From positions 366,916,001 through 366,980,000 of the forward strand of contig OZ024743.1 of the NCBI GenBank assembly GCA_964016885.1: a stretch of 64,000 nucleotides of DNA, given 5' to 3'. Positions within the stretch are counted from its first letter, which is position 1. Every line of letters starts with the position of its first letter. Made by a program: the position numbers and the translations under genes. Under the pieces are notes generated by a model. That model made no database searches. It saw only the letters and a list, made by a program, of their open reading frames with translations, and was not told where the DNA came from. This document shows, piece after piece, positions 1 to 18,000 of the stretch. Source of the DNA: Eledone cirrhosa. Taxonomy: Eukaryota.

Positions 1-3000
1 TACACAACAACCACTATCAGAACCATGTCTACCACCACCATCATAGCATACTCAACCATACACAACAATCACTATCACAACCATGTCTACCACCACCAAT
101 ATAGCATACTCAACCATACACAACAATCACTATCACAACCATGTCTGCCACCACCATCATGGCATACTCAACCATACACAACAACCACTATCACAACAAT
201 GTCTACCACCACCATCATAGCATACTCAACCATACACAACAATCACTATCACAACCATGTCTGCCACCACCATCATGGCATACTCAACCATACACAACAA
301 CCACTATCACAACCATGTCTACCACCACCATCATAGCATACTCAACCATACACAACAATCACTATCACAACCATGTCTGCCACCACCATCATAGCATACT
401 CAACCATACACAACAACCACTATCACAACCATGTCTACCACCACCATCATAGCATACTCAACCATACACAACAATCACTATCACAACCATGTCTGCCACC
501 ACCATCATAGCATACTCAACCATACACAACAATCACTATCACAACCATGTCTGCCACCACCATCATAGCATACTCAACCATACACAACAACCACTATCAC
601 AACCATGTCTGCCACCACCATCATAGCATACTCAACCATACACAACAACCACTATCACAACCATGTCTGCCACCACCATCATAGCATACTCAACCATACA
701 CAACAACACTATCACAACCATGTCTACCACCACCATCATAGCATACTCAACTATCACAACCATGTCTACCACCACCATCATAGCATACTCAACCGTACAC
801 AACCATGTCTGCCACCACCATCATAGCATACTCAACCATACACAACAACACTATCACAACCATGTCTACAACCACCATCATGGCATACTCAACCATACAC
901 AACCACTATCACAACCATGTCTGCCACCACCATCATAGCATACTCAACCATACACAACAACACTATCACAACCATGTCTACAACCACCATCATGGCATAC
1001 TCAACCATACACAACCACTATCACAACCATGTCTACCACCACCATCATAGCATACTCAACCATACATAACAACACTATCAGAACTATGTCTACCACCACC
1101 ATCATGGCATACTCAACCATACACAACCATGTCTACCACCACCATCATGGCATACTCAACCATACACAACAACCACTATCACAACCATGTCTGCCACCAC
1201 CATCATAGCATACTCAACCATACACAACAATCACTATCACAACCATGTCTGAAACCACCATCATGGCATACTCAACCATACACAACAACACTATCACAAA
1301 CATGTCTACCACCACCATCATAGCATACTCGACCATACACAACAACACTATCACAACCATGTCTACCACAACCATCATAGCATACTCAACCATACACAAC
1401 AACACTATCACAACCATGTCTGCCACCACCATCATAGCATACTCAACCATACACAACAACACTATCACAACCATGTCTGCCACCACCATCATAGCATACT
1501 CAACCGTACACAACAATCACTATCACAACCATGTCTACCATCACCATCATAGCATACTCAACCATACACAACAACCACTATCACAACCATGTCTACCACC
1601 ACCATCATAGCATACTCAACCATACACAACAACACTATCACAACCATGTCTACCACCACCATCATAGCATACTCAACCATACACAACAACACTATCACAA
1701 CCATGTCTACCACCACCATCATGGCATACTCAACCATACACAACAACACTATCACAACCATGTCTACCACCACCATCATAGCATACTCAACCATACACAA
1801 CAACACTATCACAACCATGTCTACCACCACCATCATAGCATACTCAACCATACACAACAACACTATCACAACCATGTCTGCCACCACCATCATGACATAC
1901 TCAACCATACACAACAAACACTATCACAACCATGTCTACCACCACCATCATAGCATACTCAACCATACACAACAACCACTATCACAACCATGTCTACCAC
2001 CACCAATATAGCATACTCAACCATACACAACAATCACTATCACAACCATGTCTGCCACCACCATCATGGCATACTCAACCATACACAACAACCACTATCA
2101 CAACCATGTCTACCACCACCATCATAGCATACTCAATCATACACAACAATCACTATCACAACCATGTCTGCCACCACCATCATAGCATACTCAACCATAC
2201 ACAACAATCACTATCACAACCATGTCTGCCACCACCATCATGGCATACTCAACCATACACAACAACCACTATCACAACCATGTCTACCACCACCATCATA
2301 GCATACTCAATCATACACAACAATCACTATCACAACCATGTCTACCACCACCATCATAGCATACTCAATCATACACAACAATCACTATCACAACCATGTC
2401 TACCACCACCATCATAGCATACTCAACCATACACAACAATCACTATCACAACCATGTCTGCCACCACCATCATAGCATACTCAACCATACACAACAACCA
2501 CTATCACAACCATGTCTGCCACCACCATCATAGCATACTCAACCATACCCAACAACACTATCACAGCCATGTCTACAACCACCATCATAGCATACTCAAC
2601 CATACACAACAAACACTATCACAACCATGTCTGCCACCACCATCATAGCATACTCAACCATACACAACAACCACTATCACAACCATGTCTACCACCACCA
2701 TCATAGCATACTCAACCATACACAACAATCACTATCACAACCATGTCTGCCACCACCATCATAGCATACTCAACCATACACAACAACCACTATCACAACC
2801 ATGTCTACCACCACCATCATAGCATACTCAACCATACACAACAACACTATCACAACCATGTCTACCACAACCATCATAGCATACTCAACCATACACAACA
2901 ACACTATCACAACCATGTCTGCCACCACCATCATAGCATACACAACAACACTATCACAACCATGTCTACCACGACCATCATAGCATACTCAACTATCACA

Positions 3001-6000
3001 ACCATGTCTACCACCACCATCATAGCATACTCAACCGTACACAACCATGTCTGCCACCACCATCATAGCATACTCAACCATACACAACAACACTATCACA
3101 ACCATGTCTGCCACCACCATCATAGCATACTCAACCATACACAACAACCGCTATCACAACCATGTCTACCACCACCATGATAGCATACACAACCATACAC
3201 AACAAACACTATCACAACCATGTCTGCCACCACCATCATAGCATACTCAACCATACACAACAACCACTATCACAACCATGTCTGCCACCACCATCATAGC
3301 ATACTCAACCATACACAACAACACTACAACAACCATGTCTACCACCACCATCATAGCATACTCAACCATACACAACAACCACTATCACAACCATGTCTGC
3401 CACCACCATCATAGCATACTCAACCATACACAACAACACTATCACAACCATGTCTACCACCACCATCATAGCATACTCAACCATACACAACAAACACTAT
3501 CACAACCATGTCTACCACCACCATCATAGCATACTCAACCATACACAACAACCACTATCACAACCATGTCTACCACCACCATCATAGCATACTCAACCAT
3601 ACACAACAACACTACAACAACCATGTCTACCACCACCATCATAGCATACTCAACCATACACAACAAACACTATCACAACCATGTCTGCCACCACCATCAT
3701 AGCATACTCAACCATACACAACAACCACTATCACAACCATGTCTGCCACCACCATCATAGCATACTCAACCATACACAACAACACTACAACAACCATGTC
3801 TACCACCACCATCATAGCATACTCAACTATCACAACCATGTCTACCACCACCATCATAGCATACTCAACCGTACACAACCATGTCTGCCACCACCATCAT
3901 AGCATACACAACAACAATATCACAACCATGTCTACAACCACCATCATGGCATACTCAACCATACACAACCACTATCACAACCATGTCTGCCACCACCATC
4001 ATAGCATACTCAACCATACACAACAACACTATCACAACCATGTCTACCACCACCATCATAGCATACTCAACCATACACAACAACACTATCACAACCATTC
4101 TACCACCACCATCATAGCATACTCAACCATACACAACCATGTCTAGCACCACCATCATAGCATACTCAACCATACACAACACTATCACAACCATGTCTAC
4201 CACCACCATCATAGCATACTCAACCATACACAACAACACTATCACAACCATGTCTACCACCACCATCATGGCATACTCAACCATACACAACAACACTATC
4301 ACAACCATGTCTACCACCACCATCATAGCATACTCAACCATACACAACAACACTATCACAACCATGTCTACCACCACCATCATAGCATACTCAACCATAC
4401 ACAACAACACTATCACAACCATGTCTGCCACCACCATCATGACATACTCAACCATACACAACAAACACTATCACAACCATGTCTACCACCACCATCATAG
4501 CATACTCAACCATACACAACAACCACTATCACAACCATGTCTACCACCACCAATATAGCATACTCAACCATACACAACAATCACTATCACAACCATGTCT
4601 GCCACCACCATCATGGCATACTCAACCATACATAACAACCAATATCACAACCATGTCTACCACCACCATCATAGCATACTCAATCATACACAACAATCAC
4701 TATCACAACCATGTCTGCCACCACCATCATAGCATACTCAACCATACACAACAACCACTATCACAACCATGTCTACCACCACCATCATAGCATACTCAAC
4801 CATACACAACAATCACTATCACAACCATGTCTGCCACCACCATCATAGCATACTCAACCATACACAACAACCACTATCACAACCATGTCTGCCACCACCA
4901 TCATAGCATACTCAACCATACCCAACAACACTATCACAACCATGTCTACAACCACCATCATAGCATACTCAACCATACACAACAAACACTATCACAACCA
5001 TGTCTGCCACCACCATCATAGCATACTCAACCATACACAACAACCACTATCACAACCATGTCTACCACCACCATCATAGCATACTCAACCATACACAACA
5101 ATCACTATCACAACCATGTCTGCCACCACCATCATAGCATACTCAACCATACACAACAATCACTATCACAACCATGTCTGCCACCACCATCATAGCATAC
5201 TCAACCATACACAACAACCACTATCACAACCATGTCTGCCACCACCATCATAGCATACTCAAACATACACAACAACACTACAACAACCATGTCTACCACC
5301 ACCATCATAGCATACTCAACCATACACAACAACACTATCACAACCATGTCTACCACAACCATCATAGCATACTCAACCATACACAACAACACTATCACAA
5401 CCATGTCTGCCACCACCATCATAGCATACACAACAACACTATCACAACCATGTCTACCACGACCATCATAGCATACTCAACTATCACAACCATGTCTACC
5501 ACCACCATCATAGCATACTCAACCATACACAACAACACTATCACAACCATGTCTGCCACCACCATCATAGCATACTCAACCATACACAACAACCACTATC
5601 ACAACCATGTCTGCCACCACCATCATAGCATACTCACCCATACACAACAACCGCTATCACAACCATGTCTGCCACCACCATCATAGCATACTCAACCATA
5701 CATAACAACACTATCACAACCATGTCTTCCACCACCATGATAGCATACACAACCATACACAAAAAACACTATCACAACCATGTCTGCCACCACCATCATA
5801 GCATACTCAACCATACACAACAACCACTATCACAACCATGTCTGCCACCACCATCACAGCATACTGAACCATACACAACAACACTACAACAACCATGTCT
5901 ACCACCACCATCATAGCATACTCAACCATACACAACAACCACTATCACAACCATGTCTGCCACCACCATCATAGCATACTCAACCATACACAACAACACT

Positions 6001-9000
6001 ATCACAACCATGTCTACCACCACCATCATAGCATACTCAACCATACACAACAAACACTATCACAACCATGTCTGCCACCACCATCATAGCATACTCAACC
6101 ATACACAACAACCACTATCACAACCATGTCTGCCACCACCGTCATAGCATACTCAACCATACACAACAACCGCTATCACAACCATGTCTGCCACCACCAT
6201 CATAGCATACTCAACCATACACAACACTATCACAACCATGTCTGCCACCACCATCATAGCATACTCAACCATACATAACAACACTATCACAACCATGTCT
6301 ACCACCACCATGATAGCATACACAACCATGTCTACCACCACCATGATAGCATACACAACCATACACAACAAACAATATCACAACCATGTCTGCCACCACC
6401 ATCATAGCATACTCAACCATACACAACAACCACTATCACAACCATGTCTGCCACCACCATCATAGCATACACAACAACACTAAAACAACCATGTCTACCA
6501 CCACCATCATAGCATACTCAACCATACACAACAACCACTATCACAACCATGTCTGCCACCACCATCATAGCATACTCAACCATACACAACAACACTATCA
6601 CAACCATGTCTACCACCACCATCATAGCATACTCAACCATACACAACAACCACTATCACAACCATGTCTGCCACCACCATCATAGCATACTCAACCATAC
6701 ACAACAACACTACAACAACGATGTCTACCACCACCATCATAGCATACTCAACCATACACAACAAACACTATCACAACCATGTCTGCCACCACCATCATAG
6801 CATACTCAACCATACACAACAACCACTATCACAACCATGTCTGCCACCACCATCATAGCATACTCAACCATACACAACAACCACTATCACAACCATGTCT
6901 GCCACCACCATCATAGCATACTCAACCATACACAACAACACTATCACAACCATGTCTACCACCACCACCATAGCATACTCAACTATCACAACCATGTCTA
7001 CCACCACCATCATAGCATACTCAACCGTACACAACCATGTCTGCCACCACCATCATAGCATACTCAACCATACACAACAACACTATCACAACCATGTCTA
7101 CAACCACCATCATGGCATACTCAACCATACACAACCACTATCACAACCATGTCTGCCACCACCATCATAGCATACTCAACCATACACAACAACACTATCA
7201 CAACCATGTCTACCACCACCATCATAGCATACTCAACCATACATAACAACACTATCAGAACTATGTCTACCACCACCATCATGGCATACTCAACCATACA
7301 CAACCATGTCTACCACCACCATCATGGCATACTCAACCATACACAACAACCACTATCACAACCATGTCTGCCACCACCATCATAGCATACTCAACCATAC
7401 ACAACAATCACTATCACAACCATGTCTGAAACCACCATCATGGCATACTCAACCATACACAACAACACTATCACAAACATGTCTACCACCACCATCATAG
7501 CATACTCGACCATACACAACAACACTATCACAACCATGTCTACCACCACCATCATAGCATACTCAACCATACACAACAACACTATCACAACCATGTCTGC
7601 CACCACCATCATAGCATACTCAACCATACACAACAACACTATCACAACCATGTCTGGCACCACCATCATAGCATACTCAACCGTACACAACAATCACTAT
7701 CACAACCATGTCTACCATCACCATCATAGCATACTCAACCATACACAACAACACTATCACAACCATGTCTACCACCACCATCATAGCATACTCAACCATA
7801 CACAACAACACTATCACAACCATGTCTACCACCACCATCATAGCATACTCAACCATACACAACAACACTATCACAACCATGTCTGCCACCACCATCATGG
7901 CATACTCAACCATACACAACAACCACTATCACAACCATGTCTGCCACCACCATCATAGCATACTCAACCATACACAACAACCACTATCACAACCAAGTCT
8001 GCCACCACCATCATAGCATACTCGACCATATACAACAACCACTATCAGAACCATGTCTGCCACCACCATCATGGCATACTCAACCATACACAACAACCAC
8101 TATCACAACCATGTCTACCACCACCATCATAGCATACTCAACCATACACAACAACACTATCACAACCATTCTACCACCACCATCATAGCATACTCAACCA
8201 TACACAACCATGTCTAGCACCACCATCATAGCATACTCAACCATACACAACAACACTATCACAACCATGTCTACCACCACCATCATAGCATACTCAACCA
8301 TACACAACAACACTATCACAACCATGTCTACCACCACCATCATAGCATACTCAACCATACACAACAACACTATCACAACCATGTCTGCCACCACCATCAT
8401 GACATACTCAACCATACACAACAAACACTATCACAACCATGTCTACCACCACCATCATAGCATACTCAACCATACACAACAACCACTATCACAACCATGT
8501 CTACCACCACCAATATAGCATACTCAACCATACACAACAATCACTATCACAACCATGTCTGCCACCACCATCATGGCATACTCAACCATACACAACAACC
8601 ACTATCACAACCATGTCTACCACCACCATCATAGCATACTCAATCATACACAACAATCACTATCACAACCATGTCTGCCACCACCATCATAGCATACTCA
8701 ACCATACACAACAACCACTATCACAACCATGTCTACCACCACCATCATAGCATACTCAACCATACACAACAATCACTATCACAACCATGTCTGCCACCAC
8801 CATCATAGCATACTCAACCATACACAACAACCACTATCACAACCATGTCTGCCACCACCATCATAGCATACTCAACCATACCCAACAACACTATCACAAC
8901 CATGTCTACAACCACCATCATAGCATACACAACAAACACTATCACAACCATGTCTGCCACCACCATCATAGCATACTCAACCATACACAACAACCACTAT

Positions 9001-12000
9001 CACAACCATGTCTACCACCACCATCATAGCATACTCAACCATACACAACAATCACTATCACAACCATGTCTGCCACCACCATCATAGCATACTCAACCAT
9101 ACACAACAATCACTATCACAACCATGTCTGCCACCACCATCATAGCATACTCAACCATACACAACAACCACTATCACAACCATGTCTGCCACCACCATCA
9201 TAGCATACTCAAACATACACAACAACACTACAACAACCATTTCTACCACCACCATCATAGCATACTCAACCATACACAACAACACTATCACAACCATGTC
9301 TACCACAACCATCATAGCATACTCAACCATACACAACAACACTATCACAACCATGTCTGCCACCACCATCATAGCATACACAACAACACTATCACAACCA
9401 TGTCTACCACGACCATCATAGCATACTCAACTATCACAACCATGTCTACCACCACCATCATAGCATACTCAACCGTACACAACCGTGTCTGCCACCACCA
9501 TCATAGCATACTCAACCATACACAACAACACTATCACAACCATGTCTGCCACCACCATCATAGCATACTCAACCATACACAACAACCGCTATCACAACCA
9601 TGTCTACCACCACCATGATAGCATACACAACCATACACAACAAACACTATCACAACCATGTCTGCCACCACCATCATAGCATACTCAACCATACACAACA
9701 ACCACTATCACAACCATGTCTGCCACCACCATCATAGCATACTCAACCATACACAACAACACTACAACAACCATGTCTACCACCACCATCATAGCATACT
9801 CAACCATACACAACAACCACTATCACAACCATGTCTGCCACCACCATCATAGCAAACTCAACCATACACAACAACACTATCACAACCATGTCTACCACCA
9901 CCATCATAGCATACTCAACCATACACAACAAACACTATCACAACCATGTCTACCACCACCATCATAGCATACTCAACCAAACACAACAACCACTATCACA
10001 ACCATCTCTGCCACTACCATCATAGCATACTCAACCATACACAACAACACTACAACAACCATGTTTACCACCACCATCATAGCATACACAACAAACACTA
10101 TCACAACCATGTCTGCCACCACCATCATAGCATACTCAACCATACACAACAACCACTATCACAACCATGTCTGCCACCACCATCATAGCATACTCAACCA
10201 TACACAACAACCGCTATCACAACCATGTCTGCCACCACCATCATAGCATACTCAACCATACACAACAACCACTATCACAACCATGTCTGCCACCACCATC
10301 ATAGCATACTCAACCATACACAACAACACTACAACAACCATGTCTACCACCACCATCATAGCATACTCAACCATACACAACAAACACTATCACAACCATG
10401 TCTGCCACCACCATCATAGCATACTCAACCATACACAACAACCACTATCACAACCATGTCTGCCACCACCATCATAGCATACTCAACCATACACAACAAC
10501 ACTACAACAACCATGTCTACCACCACCATCATAGCATACTCAACTATCACAACCATGTCTACCACCACCATCATAGCATACTCAACCGTACACAACCATG
10601 TCTGCCACCACCATCATAGCATACACAACAACAATATCACAACCATGTCTACAACCACCATCATGGCATACTCAACCATACACAACCACTATCACAACCA
10701 TGTCTGCCACCACCATCATAGCATACTCAACCATACACAACAACACTATCACAACCATTCTACCACCACCATCATAGCATACTCAACCATACACAACCAT
10801 GTCTACCACCACCATCATAGCATACTCAACCATACACAACAACACTATCACAACCATGTCTACCACCACCATCATGGCATACTCAACCATACACAACAAC
10901 ACTATCACAACCATGTCTACCACCACCATCATAGCATACTCAACCATACACAACAACACTATCACAACCATGTCTACCACCACCATCATAGCATACTCAA
11001 CCATACACAACAACACTATCACAACCATGTCTGCCACCACCATCATGACATACTCAACCATACACAACAAACACTATCACAACCATGTCTACCACCACCA
11101 TCATAGCATACTCAACCATACACAACAACCACTATCACAACCATGTCTACCACCACCAATATAGCATACTCAACCATACACAACAATCACTATCACAACC
11201 ATGTCTGCCACCACCATCATGGCATACTCAACCATACACAACAACCACTATCACAACCATGTCTACCACCACCATCATAGCATACTCAATCATACACAAC
11301 AATCACTATCACAACCATGTCTGCCACCACCATCATAGCATACTCAACCATACACAACAATCACTATCACAACCATGTCTGCCACCACCATCATAGCATA
11401 CTCAACCATACACAACAATCACTATCACAACCATGTCTGCCACCACCATCATAGCATACTCAACCATACACAACAACCACTATCACAACCATGTCTGCCA
11501 CCACCATCATAGCATACTCAAACATACACAACAACACTATCACAACCATGTCTACCACCACCATCATAGCATACTCAAACATACACAACAACACTATCAC
11601 AACCATGTCTGCCACCACCATCATAGCATACTCAAACATACACAACAACACTACAACAACCATGTCTACCACCACCATCATAGCATACTCAACCATACAC
11701 AACAACACTATCACAACCATGTCTACCACAACCATCATAGCATACTCAACCATACACAACAACACTATCACAACCATGTCTGCCACCACCATCATAGCAT
11801 ACACAACAACACTATCACAACCATGTCTACCACGACCATCATAGCATACTCAACTATCACAACCATGTCTACCACCACCATCATAGCATACTCAACCGTA
11901 CACAACCATGTCTGCCACCACCATCATAGCATACTCAACCATACACAACAACACTATCACAACCATGTCTGCCACCACCATCATAGCATACTCAACCATA

Positions 12001-15000
12001 CACAACAACCACTATCACAACCATGTCTGCCACCACCATCATAGTATACTCAACCATACACAACAACACTATCACAACCATGTCTGCCACCACCATCATA
12101 GCATACTCAACCATACACAACAACCACTATCACAACCATGTCTGCCACCACCATCATAGCATACTCAACCATACACAACAACCACTATCACAACCATGTC
12201 TGCCACCACCATCATAGTATACTCAACCATACACAACAACACTATCACAACCATGTCTACCTCCACCATCATAGCATACTCAACCATACACAACAACCAT
12301 ACACAACAACACTATCACAACCATGTCTACCACCACCATCATAGCATACTCAACCATACACAACAAACACTATCACAACCATGTCTACCACCACCATCAT
12401 AGCATACTCAACCAAACACAACAACCACTATCACAACCATCTCTGCCACTACCATCATAGCATACTCAACCATACACAACAACACTACAACAACCATGTT
12501 TACCACCACCATCATAGCATACTCAACCATACACAACAAACACTATCACAACCATGTCTGCCACCACCATCATAGCATACTCAACCATACACAACAACCA
12601 CTATCACAACCATGTCTGCCACCACCATCATAGCATACTCAACCATACACAACAACCGCTATCACAACCATGTCTGCCACCACCATCATAGCATACTCAA
12701 CCATACACAACAACCACTATCACAACCATGTCTGCCACCACCATCATAGCATACTCAACCATACACAACAACACTACAACAACCATGTCTACCACCACCA
12801 TCATAGCATACTCAACCATACACAACAAACACTATCACAACCATGTCTGCCACCACCATCATAGCATACTCAACCATACACAACAACCACTATCACAACC
12901 ATGTCTGCCACCACCATCATAGCATACTCAACCATACACAACAACACTACAACAACCATGTCTACCACCACCATCATAGCATACTCAACTATCACAACCA
13001 TGTCTACCACCACCATCATAGCATACTCAACCGTACACAACCATGTCTGCCACCACCATCATAGCATACACAACAACAATATCACAACCATGTCTACAAC
13101 CACCATCATGGCATACTCAACCATACACAACCACTATCACAACCATGTCTGCCACCACCATCATAGCATACTCAACCATACACAACAACACTATCACAAC
13201 CATTCTACCACCACCATCATAGCATACTCAACCATACACAACCATGTCTACCACCACCATCATAGCATACTCAACCATACACAACAACACTATCACAACC
13301 ATGTCTACCACCACCATCATGGCATACTCAACCATACACAACAACACTATCACAACCATGTCTACCACCACCATCATAGCATACTCAACCATACACAACA
13401 ACACTATCACAACCATGTCTACCACCACCATCATAGCATACTCAACCATACACAACAACACTATCACAACCATGTCTGCCACCACCATCATGACATACTC
13501 AACCATACACAACAAACACTATCACAACCATGTCTACCACCACCATCATAGCATACTCAACCATACACAACAACCACTATCACAACCATGTCTACCACCA
13601 CCAATATAGCATACTCAACCATACACAACAATCACTATCACAACCATGTCTGCCACCACCATCATGGCATACTCAACCATACACAACAACCACTATCACA
13701 ACCATGTCTACCACCACCATCATAGCATACTCAATCATACACAACAATCACTATCACAACCATGTCTGCCACCACCATCATAGCATACTCAACCATACAC
13801 AACAACCACTATCACAACCATGTCTACCACCACCATCATAGCATACTCAACCATACACAACAATCACTATCACAACCATGTCTGCCACCACCATCATAGC
13901 ATACTCAACCATACACAACAATCACTATCACAACCATGTCTGCCACCACCATCATAGCATACTCAACCATACACAACAACCACTATCACAACCATGTCTG
14001 CCACCACCATCATAGCATACTCAAACATACACAACAACACTATCACAACCATGTCTACCACCACCATCATAGCATACTCAAACATACACAACAACACTAT
14101 CACAACCATGTCTGCCACCACCATCATAGCATACTCAAACATACACAACAACACTACAACAACCATGTCTACCACCACCATCATAGCATACTCAACCATA
14201 CACAACAACACTATCACAACCATGTCTACCACAACCATCATAGCATACTCAACCATACACAACAACACTATCACAACCATGTCTGCCACCACCATCATAG
14301 CATACACAACAACACTATCACAACCATGTCTACCACGACCATCATAGCATACTCAACTATCACAACCATGTCTACCACCACCATCATAGCATACTCAACC
14401 GTACACAACCATGTCTGCCACCACCATCATAGCATACTCAACCATACACAACAACACTATCACAACCATGTCTGCCACCACCATCATAGCATACTCAACC
14501 ATACACAACAACCACTATCACAACCATGTCTGCCACCACCATCATAGTATACTCAACCATACACAACAACACTATCACAACCATGTCTGCCACCACCATC
14601 ATAGCATACTCAACCATACACAACAACCACTATCACAACCATGTCTGCCACCACCATCATAGCATACTCAACCATACACAACAACCACTATCACAACCAT
14701 GTCTGCCACCACCATCATAGTATACTCAACCATACACAACAACACTATCACAACCATGTCTACCTCCACCATCATAGCATACTCAACCATACACAACAAC
14801 CACTATCACAACCATGTCTGCCACCACCATCATAGCATACTCAACCATACACAACAACCGCTATCACAACCATGTCTGCCACCACCATCATAGCATACTC
14901 AACCATACATAACAACACTATCACAACCATGTCTACCACCACCATGATAGCATACACAACCATACACAACAAACACTATCACAACCATGTCTGCCACCAC

Positions 15001-18000
15001 CATCATAGCATACTCAACCATACACAACAACCACTATCACAACCATGTCTGCCACCACCATCATAGCATACACAACAACACTACAACAACCATGTCTACC
15101 ACCACCATCATAGCATACTCAACCATACACAACAACCACTATCACAACCATGTCTGCCACCACCATCATAGCATACTCAACCATACACAACAACACTATC
15201 ACAACCATGTCTACCACCACCATCATAGCATACTCAACCATACACAACAACCACTATCACAACCATGTCTGCCACCACCATCATAGCATACTCAACCATA
15301 CACAACAACACTACAACAACGATGTCTACCACCACCATCATAGCATACTCAACCATACACAACAAACACTATCACAACCATGTCTGCCACCACCATCATA
15401 GCATACTCAACCATACACAACAACCACTATCACAACCATGTCTGCCACCACCATCATAGCATACTCAACCATACACAACAACACTACAACAACCATGTCT
15501 ACCACCACCATCATAGCATACTCAACTATCACAACCATGTCTACCACCACCATCATAGCATACTCAACCGTACACAACCATGTCTGCCACCACCATCATA
15601 GCATACACAACAACAATATCACAACCATGTCTACAACCACCATCATGGCATACTCAACCATACACAACCACTATCACAACCATGTCTGCCACCACCATCA
15701 TAGCATACTCAACCATACACAACAACACTATCACAACCATGTCTACCACCACCATCATGGCATACTCAACCATACACAACCATGTCTACCACCACCATCA
15801 TAGCATACTCAACCATACACAACAACACTATCACAACCATGTCTGCCACCACCATCATAGCATACTCAACCATACACAACAACACTATCACAACCATGTC
15901 TGCCACCACCATCATAACATACTCAACCATACACAACAACCACTATCACAACCATGTCTTCCACCACCATCATGGCATACTCAACCATACACAACAACCA
16001 CTATCACAACCATGTCTGCCACCACCATCATAGCATACTCAACCATACACAACAACACTATCACAACCATGTCTGCCACCACCATCATAGCATACTCAAC
16101 CATACACAACAACACTATCACAACCATGTCTGCCACCACCATCATAGCATACTCAACCATACACAACAATCACTATCACAACCATGTCTGCCACCACCAT
16201 CATGGCATACTCAACCATACACAACAACCACTATCACAACCATGTCTGCCACCACCATCATAGCATACTCAACCATACACAACAACCACTATCACAACCA
16301 TGTCTGCCACCACCATCATAGCATACTCAACCATATACAACAACCACTATCACAACCATGTCTGCCACCACCATCATGGCATACTCAACCATACACAACA
16401 ACCACTGTCACAACCATGTCTACCACCACCATCATAGCATACTCAACCATACACAACAACACTATCACAACCATTCTACCACCACCATCATAGCATACTC
16501 AACCATACACAACGATGTCTACCACCACCATCATAGCATACTCAACCATACACAACAACACTATCACAACCATGTCTGCCACCACCATCATAGCATACAC
16601 AACAACACTATCACAACCATGTCTACCACCACCATCATAGCATACTCAACCATACACAACACTATCACAACCATGTCTACCACCACCATCATAGCATACT
16701 CAACCATACACAACAACACTATCACAACCATGTCTACCACCACCATCATAGCATACTCAACCATACACAACACTACAACAACCATGTCTACCACCACCAT
16801 CATAGCATACTCAACCATACACAACAACACTATCACAACCATCATAGCATACTCAACCATACACAACAACACTATCACAACCATGTCTGCCACCACCATC
16901 ATAGCATACTAAACCATACACAACCACTATCACAACCATGTCTACCACCACCATCATAGCATACTCAACCATACACAACACTATCACAACCATGTCTTCC
17001 ACCACCATCATAGAATACTCAACTATCACAACCATGTCTACCACCACCATCATAGCATACTCAACCATACACAACCATGTCTGCCACCACCATCATAGCA
17101 TACTCAACCATACACAACAACACTATCACAACCATGTCTACAACCACCATCATGGCATACTCAACCATACACAACAACACTATCACAACCATGTCTACAA
17201 CCACCATCATAACATACTCAACCATACACAACAACACTATCACAACCATGTCTACCACCACCATCATGGCATACTCAACCATACACAACCATGTCTACCA
17301 CCACCATCATAGCATACTCAACCATACACAACAACACTATCACAACCATGTCTACCACCACCATCATAGCATACTCAACCATACACAACAACACTATCAC
17401 AACCATGTCTGCCACCACCATCATAGCATACTCAACCATACACAACAACACTATCACAACCATGTCTACCACCACCATCATGGCATACTCAACCATACAC
17501 AACCTTGTCTACCACCACCATCATAGCATACTCAACCATACACAACAACACTATCACAACCATGTCTACCACCACCATCATGGCATACTCAACCATACAC
17601 AACCTTGTCTACCACCACCATCATAGCATACTCAACCATACACAACAACACTATCACAACCATGTCTGCCACCACCATCATGGCATACTCAACCATACAC
17701 AACAACACTATCACAACCATGTCTGCCACCACCATCATAGCATACTCAACCATACACAACAACACTATCACAACCATGTCTCCACCACCATCATGGGATA
17801 CTCAACCATACACAACAACAGTATCACAACCATGTCTACCACCACCATCATGGCATACTCAACCATACACAACCTTGTCTACCACCACCATCATAGCATA
17901 CTCAACCATACACAACAACACTATCACAACCATGTCTGCCACCACCATCATGGCATACTCAACCATACACAACAACACTATCACAACCATGTCTGCCACC